64,000 bases of DNA from an uncultured Actinomycetes bacterium (GTDB taxonomy: Bacteria; Actinomycetota; Thermoleophilia; Solirubrobacterales; Solirubrobacteraceae): the NCBI GenBank assembly GCA_963788935.1, contig CAWBIM010000017.1, positions 182,543 to 246,542 of the forward strand, given 5' to 3'. The notes beneath the pieces were generated by a model. The model saw only the letters and a program-made list of their open reading frames with translations. It ran no database searches and had not been told where the DNA came from. The position numbers were made by a program, and so were the translations under genes. This document shows, one piece after another, positions 52,272 to 64,000 of this stretch (within the stretch, counting starts at the first letter, position 1; the number at the start of each line of letters is the position of its first letter).

Positions 52272-53451
52272 ACGCGCTCTCCCCGGTCATCGCCTGGCCG
52301 AGGATCAGGGTGTGGATCTCGCTCGTGCCCTCGTAGGTGAGGACCGACTCGAGGTTCTCGGCGTGGCGCATGACCGGGTACTCGGAGCTGATCCCGTTCG
52401 CGCCGAGGATCGTCCGCGCCTCGCGGGCGATCGCGAGCGCCTCGCGGACGTTGTTGAGCTTGCCGACGCTGATGTGCTCGGGCGCGACGCGGCCCTCGTC
52501 CTTCAGGCGGCCGATGTGCAGCGCGAGCAGCTGCGCCTTCTGCAGCTCGAGCATCATGTTCACGAGCTTCTGCTGCGTGAGCTGGAAGCCGGCGATCGGG
52601 CGGCCGAACTGCGGGCGGCTCTTGGCGTACTCGAGCGCGGTGTCCAGGCAGGTCCGCGCCGCGCCGACGACGCCCCACAGGATCCCGTAGCGCGCCTCGC
52701 TCAGGCACGACAGCGGCCCGCGCATCCCGGTGACGCCGGGCAGGACCGCGTCCTCGGGCAGCCGCACGTCGTCGAAGACGAGCTCGGAGGTCACCGACGC
52801 GCGCAGCGAGTGCTTGCGATGGATGTCCTGCGTCGTGAAGCCCTTCGCGTCGCGCGGGACGACGAACCCGCGGATGCCGTCGTCGGTCTTCGCCCACACG
52901 ACCGCGACGTCCGCCACGCCGCCGTTCGTGATCCACATCTTCGCGCCGTTGAGGACCCAGTCCGAGCCGTCGCGCTTGGCGTTCGTCTTCATCGACGAGG
53001 GGTCGCTGCCGGAGTCCGGCTCGGTGAGGCCGAAGCAGCCGATGAGCTCGCCCGCCGCCATGCCGGGCAGCCACCGCTCCTTCTGCTCGTCGGAGCCGAA
53101 CTTCCAGATCGGGAACATCGCCAGCGAGCCCTGGACCGAGACGAAGCTCCGCAGGCCGCTGTCGGCCGCCTCGAGCTCCCGGCACGCGACCCCGTAGCTC
53201 GTCGCGCTCGCGCCCGCGCAGCCGTAGCCGCTGAGGTGCATCCCGAGCAGCCCGAGCTCGCCGATGGCCGGCGCGAGCTCGCGCGTGGGCAGCGTGCCCT
53301 GCTCGTACCACTCGTCGACGTGGGGCACGACGCGGTCCGCCGCGAACCGCCGCACGGTCTCGGCGATCATCCGGTCCTCGTCTGAGAGCAGCCCGTCGAG
53401 ATCGAGCGGATCGAGGGGACGGACCTTCGGGCGCGAGGCGGTGGCGGACAT
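52264..53451 (-). CDS. gcdH: glutaryl-CoA dehydrogenase (acyl-CoA dehydrogenase family)
   Basis: 395 aa from ATG 53451. GCFGLTEPDSGSDPSSM, GAKMWITNGGVADVAVVWAK, IRGFVVPRDAKGF, GANGISSEYPVMRHAENLESVLTYEGTSEIHTLILG. Confidence 0.88.
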   Translation of the reverse strand: MSATASRPKVRPLDPLDLDGLLSDEDRMIAETVRRFAADRVVPHVDEWYEQGTLPTRELAPAIGELGLLGMHLSGYGCAGASATSYGVACRELEAADSGLRSFVSVQGSLAMFPIWKFGSDEQKERWLPGMAAGELIGCFGLTEPDSGSDPSSMKTNAKRDGSDWVLNGAKMWITNGGVADVAVVWAKTDDGIRGFVVPRDAKGFTTQDIHRKHSLRASVTSELVFDDVRLPEDAVLPGVTGMRGPLSCLSEARYGILWGVVGAARTCLDTALEYAKSRPQFGRPIAGFQLTQQKLVNMMLELQKAQLLALHIGRLKDEGRVAPEHISVGKLNNVREALAIAREARTILGANGISSEYPVMRHAENLESVLTYEGTSEIHTLILGQAMTGESAFT

Positions 53452-53637
53452 GGGAGCGAGCCTAGCGCGGGAGCGCCCACTGACCGCGACGCGCCGGAGC
53501 GACCGCCAGACTCGTGGCATACGTGCGTTCGAGGCTGGGGAAGGAGCGTCAGGACGACAAATAGTGAAACCCCGGATGCGCTTTGGACGAATTCGACCTC
53601 AGGCCGGAAGCGCGCGCTAGAGTCAAACGGAGCAGAT

Positions 53638-57981
<4,344 letters not shown>

Positions 57982-58029
57982 CCGGGCACGCGGCCTGGCG
58001 GCGCGAGCTCATCGGTCCACCGGCCGGCC

Positions 58030-58740
58030 CTACCGCAGCGCCGGCGGCGCGGCATCGGCCGCGGCGACGGGGGCGCGGCGCTCGAGGCGGGCGAGCTCGA
58101 GGCGGCCCGCAGCCGTGAGCAGGTAGCTGCGCGGCACGGCGGGCACGTCGACCTCCGTGACGAGCGCGGGGTCGCGCGTGGTGAGGCGCTGGATGTAGCG
58201 AGCGGCGATGCCGACCGGCAGCACCGCGCGGGTGGCGAGGCTCTCGGCGGTCATGCCGCCCGGGTCGCCCTCGAGGGCGCGCAGGAGCGCCCACACCGTG
58301 CGGGCGTCGAGCGCCGGGCCGACGTCGGGCGAAGCGTCCGGCTCGACGGGGGCGGCGGCGGCCGCGCGGCCGCGGTCGCGGGCGCCGGCGGCCCCGAGGA
58401 GCGCGGCGAAGAGCTCGTCGGGCTCGGCGTCCTTGAGGACCCAGCCGAGAGCGCCGGCCTCGATGGCCCGGCGGGCCGACGGGGCGTCGGAGAACGCGCT
58501 GAGGACGAGGACCGCGGGCGCCGGCGCACAGGCGAGCAGGTCGCGCATCAGCGCGACGGCGTCGATGCCCGGCATCGAGAAGTCCTGGAGGACCACGTCG
58601 GGGTGCCGGGTGCGCGTGAGCTCGAGCGCCTCCGCGGGGTCGCCGACGGCGCCGATCAGCTCGCAGTACGGCTTTGCCTCGAGCAGCCGGCTGAGCCCGT
58701 CGCGGACGGGCTCGCTGTCGTCGACGATCAGCGTCCGCAC
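58030..58740 (-). CDS. orphan response regulator: receiver domain + atypical winged-helix-like C-terminal domain
   Basis: GTG 58740 gives VRTLIVDDSEPVRDGL..DVVLQDFSMPGID..VLVLSAF..GALGWVLKD. The C-terminus is TVWALLRALEG..MTAESLATRAVLPVGIAARYIQRL..YLLTAAGRLELARL. The ORF extends to 58851, but that extension is non-protein-like. Confidence 0.75.
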   Translation of the reverse strand: MRTLIVDDSEPVRDGLSRLLEAKPYCELIGAVGDPAEALELTRTRHPDVVLQDFSMPGIDAVALMRDLLACAPAPAVLVLSAFSDAPSARRAIEAGALGWVLKDAEPDELFAALLGAAGARDRGRAAAAAPVEPDASPDVGPALDARTVWALLRALEGDPGGMTAESLATRAVLPVGIAARYIQRLTTRDPALVTEVDVPAVPRSYLLTAAGRLELARLERRAPVAAADAAPPALR

Positions 58741-58901
58741 CCGAGGGGGTGCGGGTGCGGACGTGCCATCATCGCCGGCGGCCTGCCGGCGCGCGTTGTC
58801 GGGCCTCCCTGCCACGCGTCCAGGGTGGCAAGCGCCTGGTGGGCCCCACAACCGACGTTGGTCCTAAGACCGGAGAAACGTCCAGTGGGCGCGGCCGGCG
58901 C

Positions 58902-59798
58902 TCAGCCGGCGTCGCGCAGGGCGGCCCGCACGGCGGCGGCGCTGGGCGCGATCTCCGGCTCGAGCCGCTCGAGCAGCTCGGCCCAGCCCGGCTGCATCGC
59001 GATCGCGGCGCGTACGCGCTCGAGCGCCGTGGCCATGTCGCCGCCCTCGGCGGCCGACATCCCGGCCCAGAAGATCAGCTCGTGGTTGCCCGGCGCGAGC
59101 TCGGCGGCGCGCACGTAGCGCTCCGCGGCCTCGTCGTGGCGGCCCTGGCCGACGAGCTCGTCGGCCTCGCTGGCGAGCCGGTAGGCGTCGGAGAGGTCGA
59201 GGAGGCGCTCGATCTCGTCGAGCGGCTCGGGATGGTCCTCGACGCGCAGGTCGACGAGCAGCCGCCACGGCTCGCCCTCCGGCGGCGCGACGACGATCGC
59301 CGACGACTGGCGGCCGCGCACGTCGCCGCCGGCGCCCTCGGCCGCCCGCAGCGCGGCGACGAGACGCCGCGCGAGCGGCCCGGACGACGCGTCGAACGCG
59401 CGCGCCATCGCCGGCCAGACCTCGGCGCTCGCCATCATGTTCGCCTGGACGCTGAAGCCGTCGCCGGACTCGTGGCCGGCGTACGCCATGCACGACGCCC
59501 CGGTGTGGGTCGCCACGCGGCCGTGGGCGTCGACGACCGCGACCTGGCGGAACGCCTGGCGCTGATCCTCTCCCGTGAGCCGGTCGAGGGCGTCCTGGGG
59601 CGAGACGCCCTGCTCGAGCAGGTCGAGCGCGTTCGGGCCGTAGGCCGGATCGGCGATCGACTGCGTCGCGACGGCCCCGACGCCCGCGCGCGCCCACGAG
59701 ACGACCGACCCGACGCTGAACCAGTGCGACTGGACGGCCACGCCCAGCGCCCCGGATTCCGGGTCGCGGGCGACGATCGAGTAGGTGCCTCGACGCAC
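58902..59798 (-). CDS. DUF1028 (Ntn-hydrolase-like) family protein with C-terminal helical repeat
   Basis: GTG 59798 gives VRRGTYSIVARDPESGALGVAVQSHWFSVGSVVSWARAGVGAVATQS.. (family-typical N-terminal T-[YF]-S-IVA). Confidence 0.8.
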   Translation of the reverse strand: MRRGTYSIVARDPESGALGVAVQSHWFSVGSVVSWARAGVGAVATQSIADPAYGPNALDLLEQGVSPQDALDRLTGEDQRQAFRQVAVVDAHGRVATHTGASCMAYAGHESGDGFSVQANMMASAEVWPAMARAFDASSGPLARRLVAALRAAEGAGGDVRGRQSSAIVVAPPEGEPWRLLVDLRVEDHPEPLDEIERLLDLSDAYRLASEADELVGQGRHDEAAERYVRAAELAPGNHELIFWAGMSAAEGGDMATALERVRAAIAMQPGWAELLERLEPEIAPSAAAVRAALRDAG

Positions 59799-59826
59799 GC
59801 GCCGCAGCGTATCGTCTGGCCTGACG

Positions 59827-60117
59827 ATGCCGTCAGCGAGCTCGCGCACACAGGCGGTCCTGGCGCGGGTGCGGGCGATCCCGCCCGGCTTCGTCCGCAG
59901 CTACGGCGACGTCTCGCCCGGCGCGCCGCGCTTCGCCGGCACCGTGCTCCACGCGACGACGGAGGACGTCCCGTGGCACCGCGTGGTGCGCGCGGACGGC
60001 TCGCTGGCCAAGGGCGCCCGCCAGCGCGAGCGCCTCGAGGCCGAGGGCGTGCCGTTCCGCGGGCACCGCGTCGACATGCGCGTGGCACGATTGCCCGACG
60101 ATGTGGATCCAACGTGA
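59827..60117 (+). CDS. alkyltransferase-like protein (ATL; MGMT-family DNA-binding domain with Trp in place of the acceptor Cys)
   Basis: 96 aa. IPPGFVRSYGDVS..VPWHRVVRADGSL. The motif is PWHRV instead of the PCHRV of active Ogt/Ada. Confidence 0.8.
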   Translation: MPSASSRTQAVLARVRAIPPGFVRSYGDVSPGAPRFAGTVLHATTEDVPWHRVVRADGSLAKGARQRERLEAEGVPFRGHRVDMRVARLPDDVDPT

Positions 60118-60517
60118 CATCGACCTACGAGCGCGCCCACGCGGCTTCCACCTGGTGACCGACGAGGTCGTCGGCGCCCTGCCCGAGCTGCGCGAGCTCG
60201 ACATCGGGCTCTGCCACCTGTTCATCCGCCACACGTCCGCGTCCCTGACGCTCAACGAGAACGCCTCGCCCGACGTCCGCCACGACTTCTCGACGTGGTT
60301 CGACCACGCCGTGCCCGAGGACTTCGCCTGGACACACACGCTCGAGGGCGCCGACGACATGCCCGCCCACGTCAAGGCGTCGCTGACCGGGCCGTCGCTG
60401 TCGCTGCCGATCCGCCGCGGCCGCCTCGCGCTCGGGACGTGGCAGGGCGTCTACCTCTGCGAGCACCGCGATCGCGGCGGCTCGCGCTCGCTCCTCGCCA
60501 CGCTCTGGGGCGAGTGA
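60101..60517 (+). CDS. YjbQ family (UPF0047) secondary thiamine-phosphate synthase-type protein
   Basis: 138 aa. LFIRHTSASLTLNENASPDVRHD, EGADDMPAHVKASLTGPSLSLPI, LGTWQGVYLCEHR. Confidence 0.88.
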   Translation: MWIQRDIDLRARPRGFHLVTDEVVGALPELRELDIGLCHLFIRHTSASLTLNENASPDVRHDFSTWFDHAVPEDFAWTHTLEGADDMPAHVKASLTGPSLSLPIRRGRLALGTWQGVYLCEHRDRGGSRSLLATLWGE

Positions 60518-61191
60518 CCGCCGGCCCGTACGCGGCGCTCGTCGCCGCCCACGGCCTGTCGCCCGCGCACCGGCTGCTGGTCGCCGCGGTCCCGGCCGGC
60601 GCGCGGGTGCTCGACGTCGGCTGCGCGACGGGCTACCTCGCGGCCGAGCTCGCCGCGCGCGGCTGCACGGTCGTCGGCGTCGAGGCCGACCCCGCGGCCG
60701 CGGCCGCCGCGACAGCGAGCGGGGCGTGCGCCGAGGTCGTGACGGGCGACGTCGAGAACCCCGGGTGCCAGGCGGCGCTCGCCGCCCGCGCGCCCTTCGA
60801 CGCCATCGTCGCCGGCGACGTCCTCGAGCACCTGCGCGACCCGTGGGCGGCGCTCGCCTTCCTCGCGGGCCTGCTGGCGCCGGGCGGTCGCGCGGTCGTC
60901 AGCGTCCCGAACATCGCCCACTGGACCGCCCGCCGGCAGCTCCTGCGGGGCCGCTTCCCCTACGCCGAGCACGGCCTGTTCGACCGCACCCACCTGCGCT
61001 TCTTCACCCGCACGGGCGCGCGCGAGCTCGTCGCGTCCGCCGGCCTGCGGCTCGTCGCCGAGCGCTTCGCCCCGGCCCCGCTGCCGCTGCAGGCGCACGT
61101 CCCGGCCCTGCGCCGGCTCGAGGCGGGCGCCGCGCGCGCGTGGCCCGCGCTGTTCGCCCTGCAGGTCGTGGTCGTGGGCGAGCGGGCCTAG
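60514..61191 (+). CDS. class I SAM-dependent methyltransferase
   Basis: GTG 60514 (GTGA overlap with the YjbQ stop). Motif I is ARVLDVGCATGYLAAELAARG. Also DAIVAGDVLEHL and LAPGGRAVVSVPN. Confidence 0.85.
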   Translation: MTAGPYAALVAAHGLSPAHRLLVAAVPAGARVLDVGCATGYLAAELAARGCTVVGVEADPAAAAAATASGACAEVVTGDVENPGCQAALAARAPFDAIVAGDVLEHLRDPWAALAFLAGLLAPGGRAVVSVPNIAHWTARRQLLRGRFPYAEHGLFDRTHLRFFTRTGARELVASAGLRLVAERFAPAPLPLQAHVPALRRLEAGAARAWPALFALQVVVVGERA

Positions 61192-61955
61192 CGGCCCTTC
61201 CAGACCGGCTCGCGCTTCTCGGAGAACGCCGTCGCGCCCTCGCGCGCGTCCTCCGAATCGAAGACCGGGTCCGACAGTTTGGCCTGCTCGGCCCAGAACT
61301 CCGCGTCGCTCCAGTCGCCCTGGCGGTAGACGATCGCCTTCGTCACGTCGAGCGCGAGCGGGCCGTTGGCGGCGATCGCGGCGGCGAGCTCGAGTGCCGC
61401 ATCGACGGCGCCGCCCGGGTCGGTCACCCGGTTGACGAGGCCGAGCTCGTAGCCGCGCTCGGCCGTGATCGGGTCGCCGGTGAGGGCCATCTCGAGCGCG
61501 ACGCCCAGCGGGACGCGCTGGGGCAGCCGGCGCAGCGCGCCGCCGGCGGCGACGAGCCCGCGCTTGGCCTCGGGGATCCCGAGGCGCGCCTCGCGCGAGG
61601 CGACGACGAGGTCGCACGCGAGCGCGACCTCGAGCCCGCCCGCGACGGCGAAGCCCTCGATCGCCGCGATGAGCGGCTTGCGCGCGGAGCGCTCGACGAT
61701 CCCGGCGAAGCCGCGGCCGTCGACCCGCGGGCTCTCCCCGGCGACGAACGCCTTGAGGTCCATGCCCGCGCTGAAGCCCTTCCCGGCGCCGGTGAGGACG
61801 CCGACGCTCAGGTCGTCGTCGGCGTCGAGCGCGTCGAGGGCCGCGGCGAGGCCCTGGGCGAGCGCGGCGTTGACGGCGTTGCGTGCGTCGGGCCGGTTGA
61901 GGGTGATGAGGAGGACGCCGTCGCGGCGTTCGGTGAGGACGGGCTCGTCGGACAT
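61188..61955 (-). CDS. enoyl-CoA hydratase/isomerase (crotonase) family protein
   Basis: 255 aa from ATG 61955. VLLITLNRPDARNAV, LTGAGKGFSAGMDLK, PLIAAIEGFAVAGGLEVALACDLVVAS. Confidence 0.9.
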   Translation of the reverse strand: MSDEPVLTERRDGVLLITLNRPDARNAVNAALAQGLAAALDALDADDDLSVGVLTGAGKGFSAGMDLKAFVAGESPRVDGRGFAGIVERSARKPLIAAIEGFAVAGGLEVALACDLVVASREARLGIPEAKRGLVAAGGALRRLPQRVPLGVALEMALTGDPITAERGYELGLVNRVTDPGGAVDAALELAAAIAANGPLALDVTKAIVYRQGDWSDAEFWAEQAKLSDPVFDSEDAREGATAFSEKREPVWKGR

Positions 61956-61984
61956 GGCCGGGACCCTATGCGGTGGCGCGCGGG

Positions 61985-63535
61985 CTAGGACCGCAGGCGC
62001 GACTCGGCGAGGTCGATCTCGTGCTGGAGGCGGCGGGCGGCGTCGCTGGAGAGCTTCCCCTCGCGGCGCAGCTCGAGGATCGCGTCGCGCTCGGCATCGA
62101 GCGTCTTCGACCGCAGCTCGGCGTAGGCCGCCGAGGAGTCCCCTGTCGCGACGTCGTCGTGCCCGAGCTCGGCGGCGGCCCGCTCGGCGTGCTCGACATA
62201 CGTCGTGCGCAGCCGCTCGACCGTCGTGTCCGGCGCCTCGTCCTCGGCCCCCACCTCGTCGAGCCGGCGGAGCGCGGCCTCGGCCGCATGCAGGCGCGCC
62301 TCGTGCTCCTCGCGCTCGTCGGCCGCGGTCCGGTCGAGCCCGCACGCGTGGACGAGCAGCGGGAGCGTCAGCCCCTGGACGACGATCGTGACCAGGATGG
62401 TCACGAACGTGACGAGCAGGACGACCTCGCGCCCGTCGGTGGAGAGCGGGATCGCGAGCGCCGCGGCGAGCGAGACCGCCCCGCGCATCCCACTCCAGCC
62501 CACGACGAGCCGCTCGCCGGGCGGCAGCGGCTCCTCGACCACGTCGGGCAGGCGCGCGCGGACGAAGGCGAGGACGAGGACGAAGGCCATGCGGATAGCC
62601 ATGACGGCGACGGCGACGGCGAGCGCGGGCAGGAGGTACTGGCCGAGCGAGCGCGGCCCGAGCGCGTCGAGCACTCGCGGCAGCTGCAGGCCGACGAGGA
62701 CGAACAGCATGGAGTCGAGCAGGAACGCCAGCGCGCCCCAGAACGCCTCGACCTTCACGCGCGTCTCCGGCATGAGGACCTCGGTCGACCGCCAGCCGCT
62801 GTAGACGCCGATCGCCACGGCGGCGAGCACCCCCGACGCGCCGACCTGCTCGGCCGCGATGTACGCGGCGTAGGGCGTGAAGAGCGACAGCGTGATCTCG
62901 ATCTCCGTCTCCTGCACGCGCTGCTTGAGCGCGTTGAGCACCCAGCCGAGCGCGAGGCCGATGGCCACGCCACCGGTGGCCACGAGGACGAAGTCGAGGG
63001 CGGCGGCGCCGAGGGAGAACGTCCCCGCGGTCGCCGCGCCGACCGCCGCGCGGTAGAGCGTCAGGCCGACGCCGTCGTTGACCAGCGCCTCGCCCTCGAC
63101 GACGACCGCGACCCGCTCGGGCACCGGCGTGCGGCGGAAGACGGCCGTCGCGGCCACCGGGTCGGTCGGGGCGAGCACGGCGCCGAGGACGAACGCCATC
63201 GGCCACGACAGGTCGCCGAGCACGAGGCGGGCGACGAGCGCCACGGTCAGCACCGTGAGCACGACCAGTGCGATCGCCAGCAGGCCGATCCGCCCGCTCT
63301 CGCGGCGCAGGTCGCGCGGCGAGGCCGTGAACGCCGCCGCGTAGAGCAGCGGCGGCAGGAACACCAGGAAGACGATGTCGGGCTCGAGGTCGATGCGCGG
63401 GATTCCCGGCACGAAGGCGATCGCGAGCCCGCCGGTGACGAGGAACACCGGGTACGGGATCCGCAGGCGGCCGGCGACCTGCGCGAGGAACGCGATCGCG
63501 AGCAGGAGCAGCATGAGGAACTCGAGGTTGTGCAC
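61985..63535 (-). CDS. Na+/H+ antiporter (CPA1, NhaP-type) with cytoplasmic C-terminal helical tail
   Basis: 516 aa. LGAVLAPTDPVAATAVF, VVEGEALVNDGVGLTLY, GWSGMRGAVSLAAAL. Confidence 0.9.
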   Translation of the reverse strand: MHNLEFLMLLLLAIAFLAQVAGRLRIPYPVFLVTGGLAIAFVPGIPRIDLEPDIVFLVFLPPLLYAAAFTASPRDLRRESGRIGLLAIALVVLTVLTVALVARLVLGDLSWPMAFVLGAVLAPTDPVAATAVFRRTPVPERVAVVVEGEALVNDGVGLTLYRAAVGAATAGTFSLGAAALDFVLVATGGVAIGLALGWVLNALKQRVQETEIEITLSLFTPYAAYIAAEQVGASGVLAAVAIGVYSGWRSTEVLMPETRVKVEAFWGALAFLLDSMLFVLVGLQLPRVLDALGPRSLGQYLLPALAVAVAVMAIRMAFVLVLAFVRARLPDVVEEPLPPGERLVVGWSGMRGAVSLAAALAIPLSTDGREVVLLVTFVTILVTIVVQGLTLPLLVHACGLDRTAADEREEHEARLHAAEAALRRLDEVGAEDEAPDTTVERLRTTYVEHAERAAAELGHDDVATGDSSAAYAELRSKTLDAERDAILELRREGKLSSDAARRLQHEIDLAESRLRS

Positions 63536-63618
63536 CGCCCGTCGGGGTACCCAGGGCCGCGCCCCGCCGCACGGCGCGACCCTCCGGGCCGGGATCGGCC
63601 GTCGAGTAGCGTGCGCCT

Positions 63619-64000
63619 ACGCAGATCACCGCCGACACCCGGAAGCGTCTGAGCCTGCTCGCGGCGATCATGGGCTCGTTCGTGGCGCTGCTCGACTCGA
63701 CCGTCGTGAACGTGGCGCTGCCGGCCATCGAGAACGACCTCGGCGGCGGCCTGGCCGGGCAGCAGTGGGTCGTCAACGCCTACATGCTCGTGCTCGGCTC
63801 GCTGATCCTCGTCGGCGGCCGCCTCGGCGACGTCTTCGGCGAGCGGCGGGTGTTCTCGCTCGGCGTCGGCGGCTTCGGCCTGGCCTCGATGCTGTGCGCC
63901 CTCGCGCCGTCGATCGAGGTCCTCGTCGGCGCGCGAGCGCATCCAGGGCCTGTTCGGCGCGATGCTCACCCCGAGCGCGCTGGCCGTCATCGTCAACACC
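63619..64000 (+). pseudogene. MFS transporter (DHA2/EmrB-QacA type), 5' part; runs off window end; 1-nt insertion at about 63940 and unresolved start
   Basis: Own translation: ..RKRLSLLAAIMGSFVALLDSTVVNVALPAIENDLGGGLAGQQWVVNAYMLVLGSLILVGGRLGDVFGERRVFSLGVGGFGLASMLCALAPSIEVLVGARA, then the frame must shift by one (extra c at 63940) to read IQGLFGAMLTPSALAVIVNT. No in-frame ATG/GTG lies upstream of TM1 (a GTG at 63611 is in another frame). Confidence 0.7.

Noticed and set aside
53452-53637. Promoter call upstream of kgd (ttggac .. tagagt) and a possible structured leader in the 186-nt AT-richer gap
   Set aside because: The spacing between the hexamers is about 29 nt. The tagagt would place the transcription start inside the GGAG ribosome-binding site. 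There is no convincing conserved structure without comparative data, and the gap contains no tRNA-like sequence either.

Overview
This window is a 64-kb chromosomal segment from a very high-GC genome. Spot counts of 60-nt lines give about 75-80 % GC in most genes. Gene content points to Actinomycetota (Kgd/OdhA-type 2-oxoglutarate enzyme, MMPL transporter, DipZ-like protein, HisKA_3/LuxR two-component pair, DUF6328), but the genus cannot be determined from the sequence alone. I can support 61 protein-coding loci, two of them cut by the window edges. They are tightly packed, and many show 4-nt start/stop overlaps. I saw no rRNA, tRNA, CRISPR array, transposase, integrase or phage genes. Most very long ORFs in the six-frame track are GC-driven artefacts: they are Arg/Pro/Ala/Gly-rich and overlap a recognisable gene in another frame.

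The content is mainly housekeeping and envelope functions:
- aldo/keto reductases and an L,D-transpeptidase
- an MBOAT acyltransferase surrounded by four SGNH hydrolases
- pyruvate kinase, a glyoxalase I / MBL pair, and glutaryl-CoA dehydrogenase
- a 1447-aa E2o-E1o 2-oxoglutarate enzyme
- an MMPL transporter, an NhaP antiporter and an MFS transporter
- several signalling proteins: a cyclase-STAND-TPR protein, an HD-GYP protein, a histidine kinase/response regulator pair, and an orphan response regulator

The most interesting observations are:
1. An unassigned cassette in which a small acidic protein is translationally coupled to a haem-oxygenase-like enzyme. It sits head-to-head with the cyclase-STAND protein.
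2. A 43-bp perfect direct repeat of the gloA 3' end that brackets a 2.4-kb single-gene insertion.
3. A Kgd/OdhA-type fusion that still carries two lipoyl domains and a subunit-binding domain.
4. Three tandem genes that encode only PG_binding_1 repeats and have no export signal.
5. At least 11 single-nucleotide frame disruptions in 9 otherwise typical genes. One gene carries a compensated +1/-1 pair. These are either real pseudogenisation or indel-type assembly error.
6. Five convergent gene pairs whose stop codons overlap on a palindromic CTAG.
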